Source: Candidatus Krumholzibacteriia bacterium (lineage in GTDB: Bacteria; Krumholzibacteriota; Krumholzibacteriia; LZORAL124-64-63). From it: a stretch of DNA of 64,000 nt. Below are positions 61,971 through 64,000 of this stretch, piece by piece. The notes under the pieces were generated by a model. The model worked only from the letters and a program-made list of their open reading frames with translations. It was not told the origin of the DNA and searched no databases. The stretch lies in assembly GCA_046484865.1 (NCBI GenBank), contig JAWOID010000061.1, positions 33,491 through 97,490 on the forward strand. The letters are read 5' to 3'. A program made the translations under genes and the position numbers. Within the stretch, counting starts at the first letter, position 1, and each line of letters begins with the position of its first letter.

Positions 61971-64000
61971 ATGCCCAGTTTGCGGATCTTCCTCGCGGTC
62001 CTGTTCGTCTCGCTGGCCGGCGCCGTCGCCTGCGCGCAGGCCGACACCTCCGGCGCGGCATCGCGCTCCCGGCGAGCCCTCGACTGGCTGCAGCTCTACC
62101 ACGAGGTGGTGGCCCCGCCCGTCGCTGCCGGCAGGTCCGCGGGAAACGGAACCGCCCGCGACCCTGCCGCCGGGCCCGCCGCCGGGCCCGCCGCCGAGCT
62201 GACCGCCGAACTGAACGCGGCCGCTTCCGCCGACCCGGCCGACTGGCCTCCGGCCGGCGTGCTGCGTCGCCATGCCGCCCGTGCCGCGCGGGCGGGCACG
62301 CTGCCGGTGGCCCTGCTCGACGTGGCGCTCGACCGGGTGGCGCCGCGCTTCCTCGCCGACGTCGTGCCGCCGGAGCAGTTCGCCCGCGCCCTGCGCGAGG
62401 GACGCCCACCGACCGTGGCCGGCCGTCGCTTCGCCGTGGCCGCACTGGCGGACCGCACGCTCCGGGGCCGCCGCGTCAGCTATGTGTTCGAGCGAGCGCT
62501 CCTGTTCACCGACGACCCGGCCGGGCCGCCCCGGATCACGGCCGATCTCGCCGACGGACGGGGGCCGCGGCCGGTCCCCCTCGACGAGCCGGTGATCGCG
62601 TCGTACGCCGTGCCCGGCCGCAAGACGATCGCCGTGACCGCGACCTGGCCCGACGGTCGCACCGGCGTCGATGCGTTCGTCGTCGAGGTGGCCCGCCTGC
62701 AGGTGCCCGAGCCCGACACCACCTGGACCATCACCGCGGCCGAGCCGTACGAGAGCGGCCTCGGCAGCCTCGCCGCGTATGTCTACCTGGCAGACGGCCA
62801 TGCGACGCTCACCGACCCCGTGGTGCTGGTGGAGGGCTTCGACATCACCAACACCCGCAACTGGCCGGAACTGTACGAGCTGATGAACCAGGAGCAGCTC
62901 CTCGAGAGCATCCGAGGCGAGGGCTTCGACCTGCTGGCGGTGAACTTCGACGACGCCACGGACTACATCCAGCGTCACGGACTGGCGACGGCGGAGCTGC
63001 TGCGACAGGTCGCGGCGGCGATACCGGCCGAGAACACGATCTTCGTGATCGGCGCGAGCATGGGCGGCCTGGTGGGCCGCTACGCGCTGCTCCACCTGGA
63101 GAGCGATGGGTTCGACCACCGCGTGCGGACCTGTCTGTCGTTCGATTCGCCCCACCAGGGGGCGAACATTCCCCTCGGCCTGCAGCACTGGATCGATTTC
63201 TTCGCGGTCGAGTCGGCCGAGGCCGAATTCCTGCGGCAGACTCTGAACCGCCCCTCGCCCCGGCAGCAGCTCGTCTACCACTACACCGCGAGCATCGGCG
63301 AACAGCCCGCCGCACATTCCTGGCGCGAGGTGTTCGACCAGGAACTGACGCTCATGGGCGGCTATCCCCGCGAGTGCCGTCTCGTCTCGGTGGCCAGCGG
63401 CAGCGGCACGGGGCTGGACCAGGGCTACCCGGCGGGCGACCAGATCATCCTCTACCAGTACACGAGTTTCATGGTGGACCTCCTGGGCAACGCCTGGGCC
63501 CTGCCCGACCAGACCCGTCAGGTGATCTTCGACGGGGAGATCGACCGCCTGTGGCCCTTGCCGGACGATCGTCGCATCGTCTACGTCGGCGGTTCGCTCC
63601 CTTACGACACCGCTCCAGGCGGCACGGCGGCGTCGATGGCCGAGCTCGATACGACCGCCGTCACCTATGGCGACGTGATCGCATTGCACGACAGCCACTG
63701 CTTCGTACCGACGATCAGCGCGCTCGACGTGGCCGCCGCCGGACTCGGGGAAGATCTCTCGGCGGACCCCGCGCTCCTGGCCCGCACCCCCTTCGATGCG
63801 ATCTACTTCCCCGACGTGAACCAGGAGCACGATGCCATCAACCCGGAGAATGCCGCCTGGATCCGGGGCGAGGTGCTGGGCGCGCCGACCGCTGCGCCGG
63901 CCGGTCCGCCCGCTGCCGGTAGCTTGACCGTCTCGGTCCACCCCAACCCGTTCAACCCCCGCCTGGACGTGGCCTTCGAGCTGGCGGTGTCCGGAACGGT
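61971..64000 (+). CDS. Secreted alpha/beta-hydrolase (PGAP1/lipase-like) with CTD, 3' truncated by window edge; absent from the ORF track
   Basis: Own translation from ATG 61971: MPSLRIFLAVLFVSLAGAVACAQA, DPVVLVEGFD, nucleophile elbow IGASMGGLVGRYAL (63048-63089), FDSPHQGANIPLG, and VHPNPFNPRLDVAF in the same frame at the window end. Confidence 0.88.
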   Translation, partial: MPSLRIFLAVLFVSLAGAVACAQADTSGAASRSRRALDWLQLYHEVVAPPVAAGRSAGNGTARDPAAGPAAGPAAELTAELNAAASADPADWPPAGVLRRHAARAARAGTLPVALLDVALDRVAPRFLADVVPPEQFARALREGRPPTVAGRRFAVAALADRTLRGRRVSYVFERALLFTDDPAGPPRITADLADGRGPRPVPLDEPVIASYAVPGRKTIAVTATWPDGRTGVDAFVVEVARLQVPEPDTTWTITAAEPYESGLGSLAAYVYLADGHATLTDPVVLVEGFDITNTRNWPELYELMNQEQLLESIRGEGFDLLAVNFDDATDYIQRHGLATAELLRQVAAAIPAENTIFVIGASMGGLVGRYALLHLESDGFDHRVRTCLSFDSPHQGANIPLGLQHWIDFFAVESAEAEFLRQTLNRPSPRQQLVYHYTASIGEQPAAHSWREVFDQELTLMGGYPRECRLVSVASGSGTGLDQGYPAGDQIILYQYTSFMVDLLGNAWALPDQTRQVIFDGEIDRLWPLPDDRRIVYVGGSLPYDTAPGGTAASMAELDTTAVTYGDVIALHDSHCFVPTISALDVAAAGLGEDLSADPALLARTPFDAIYFPDVNQEHDAINPENAAWIRGEVLGAPTAAPAGPPAAGSLTVSVHPNPFNPRLDVAFELAVSGT

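Noticed and set aside
933..63941. Many long antisense or alternate-frame ORFs (e.g. 933..4118-, 8249..11224-, 23019..26345+, 36209..39766-, 47290..50163+, 49604..52264-, 61947..63941-)
   Set aside because: They overlap well-supported genes, lack motifs and have skewed Arg/Ala/Gly/Val composition. They are the shadow ORFs expected at very high GC3.

Overview
Very GC-rich (about 70% by eye) bacterial DNA. The many secreted proteins ending in a PNPFNP/FlgD-Ig-like C-terminal domain (CTD) or a short K-x-[LI]-Y-R tail suggest a diderm FCB-related candidate phylum such as Krumholzibacteriota, Eisenbacteria or Latescibacterota; this placement is inference. From left to right: (1) a truncated NarL/LuxR response regulator and a pyruvate dehydrogenase operon (aceE-aceF-lpdA); (2) secreted CTD proteins (M6 metalloprotease, FG-GAP protein, multicopper oxidase), an MBL hydrolase, a divergent tryptophanase/tyrosine phenol-lyase homologue, a Tat-signal NAD-dependent epimerase-like protein and DinB; (3) a roughly 35 kb alpha-glucan utilisation locus at 20.6-56.1 kb; (4) a Ser/Thr kinase-TPR protein and two more CTD proteins, the last running off the window. 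The alpha-glucan locus is the main candidate for an undescribed system. It has no SusC/SusD or TonB-dependent receptor. Instead it pairs a MalEFGK ABC transporter with two apparently paralogous outer-membrane beta-barrels (one fused to two CBM48 domains), a PorV/PorP-like barrel coupled to a ~2000-aa apparently non-catalytic surface protein, CBM48/CBM20 binding proteins, and exported GH57-like, GH13 (x2) and GH133 enzymes. A ~3 kb segment carrying an LVIVD gene sits at the 3' end of malG, bounded by a 27-bp perfect direct repeat. No rRNA, tRNA, CRISPR array, transposase or integrase was recognised.
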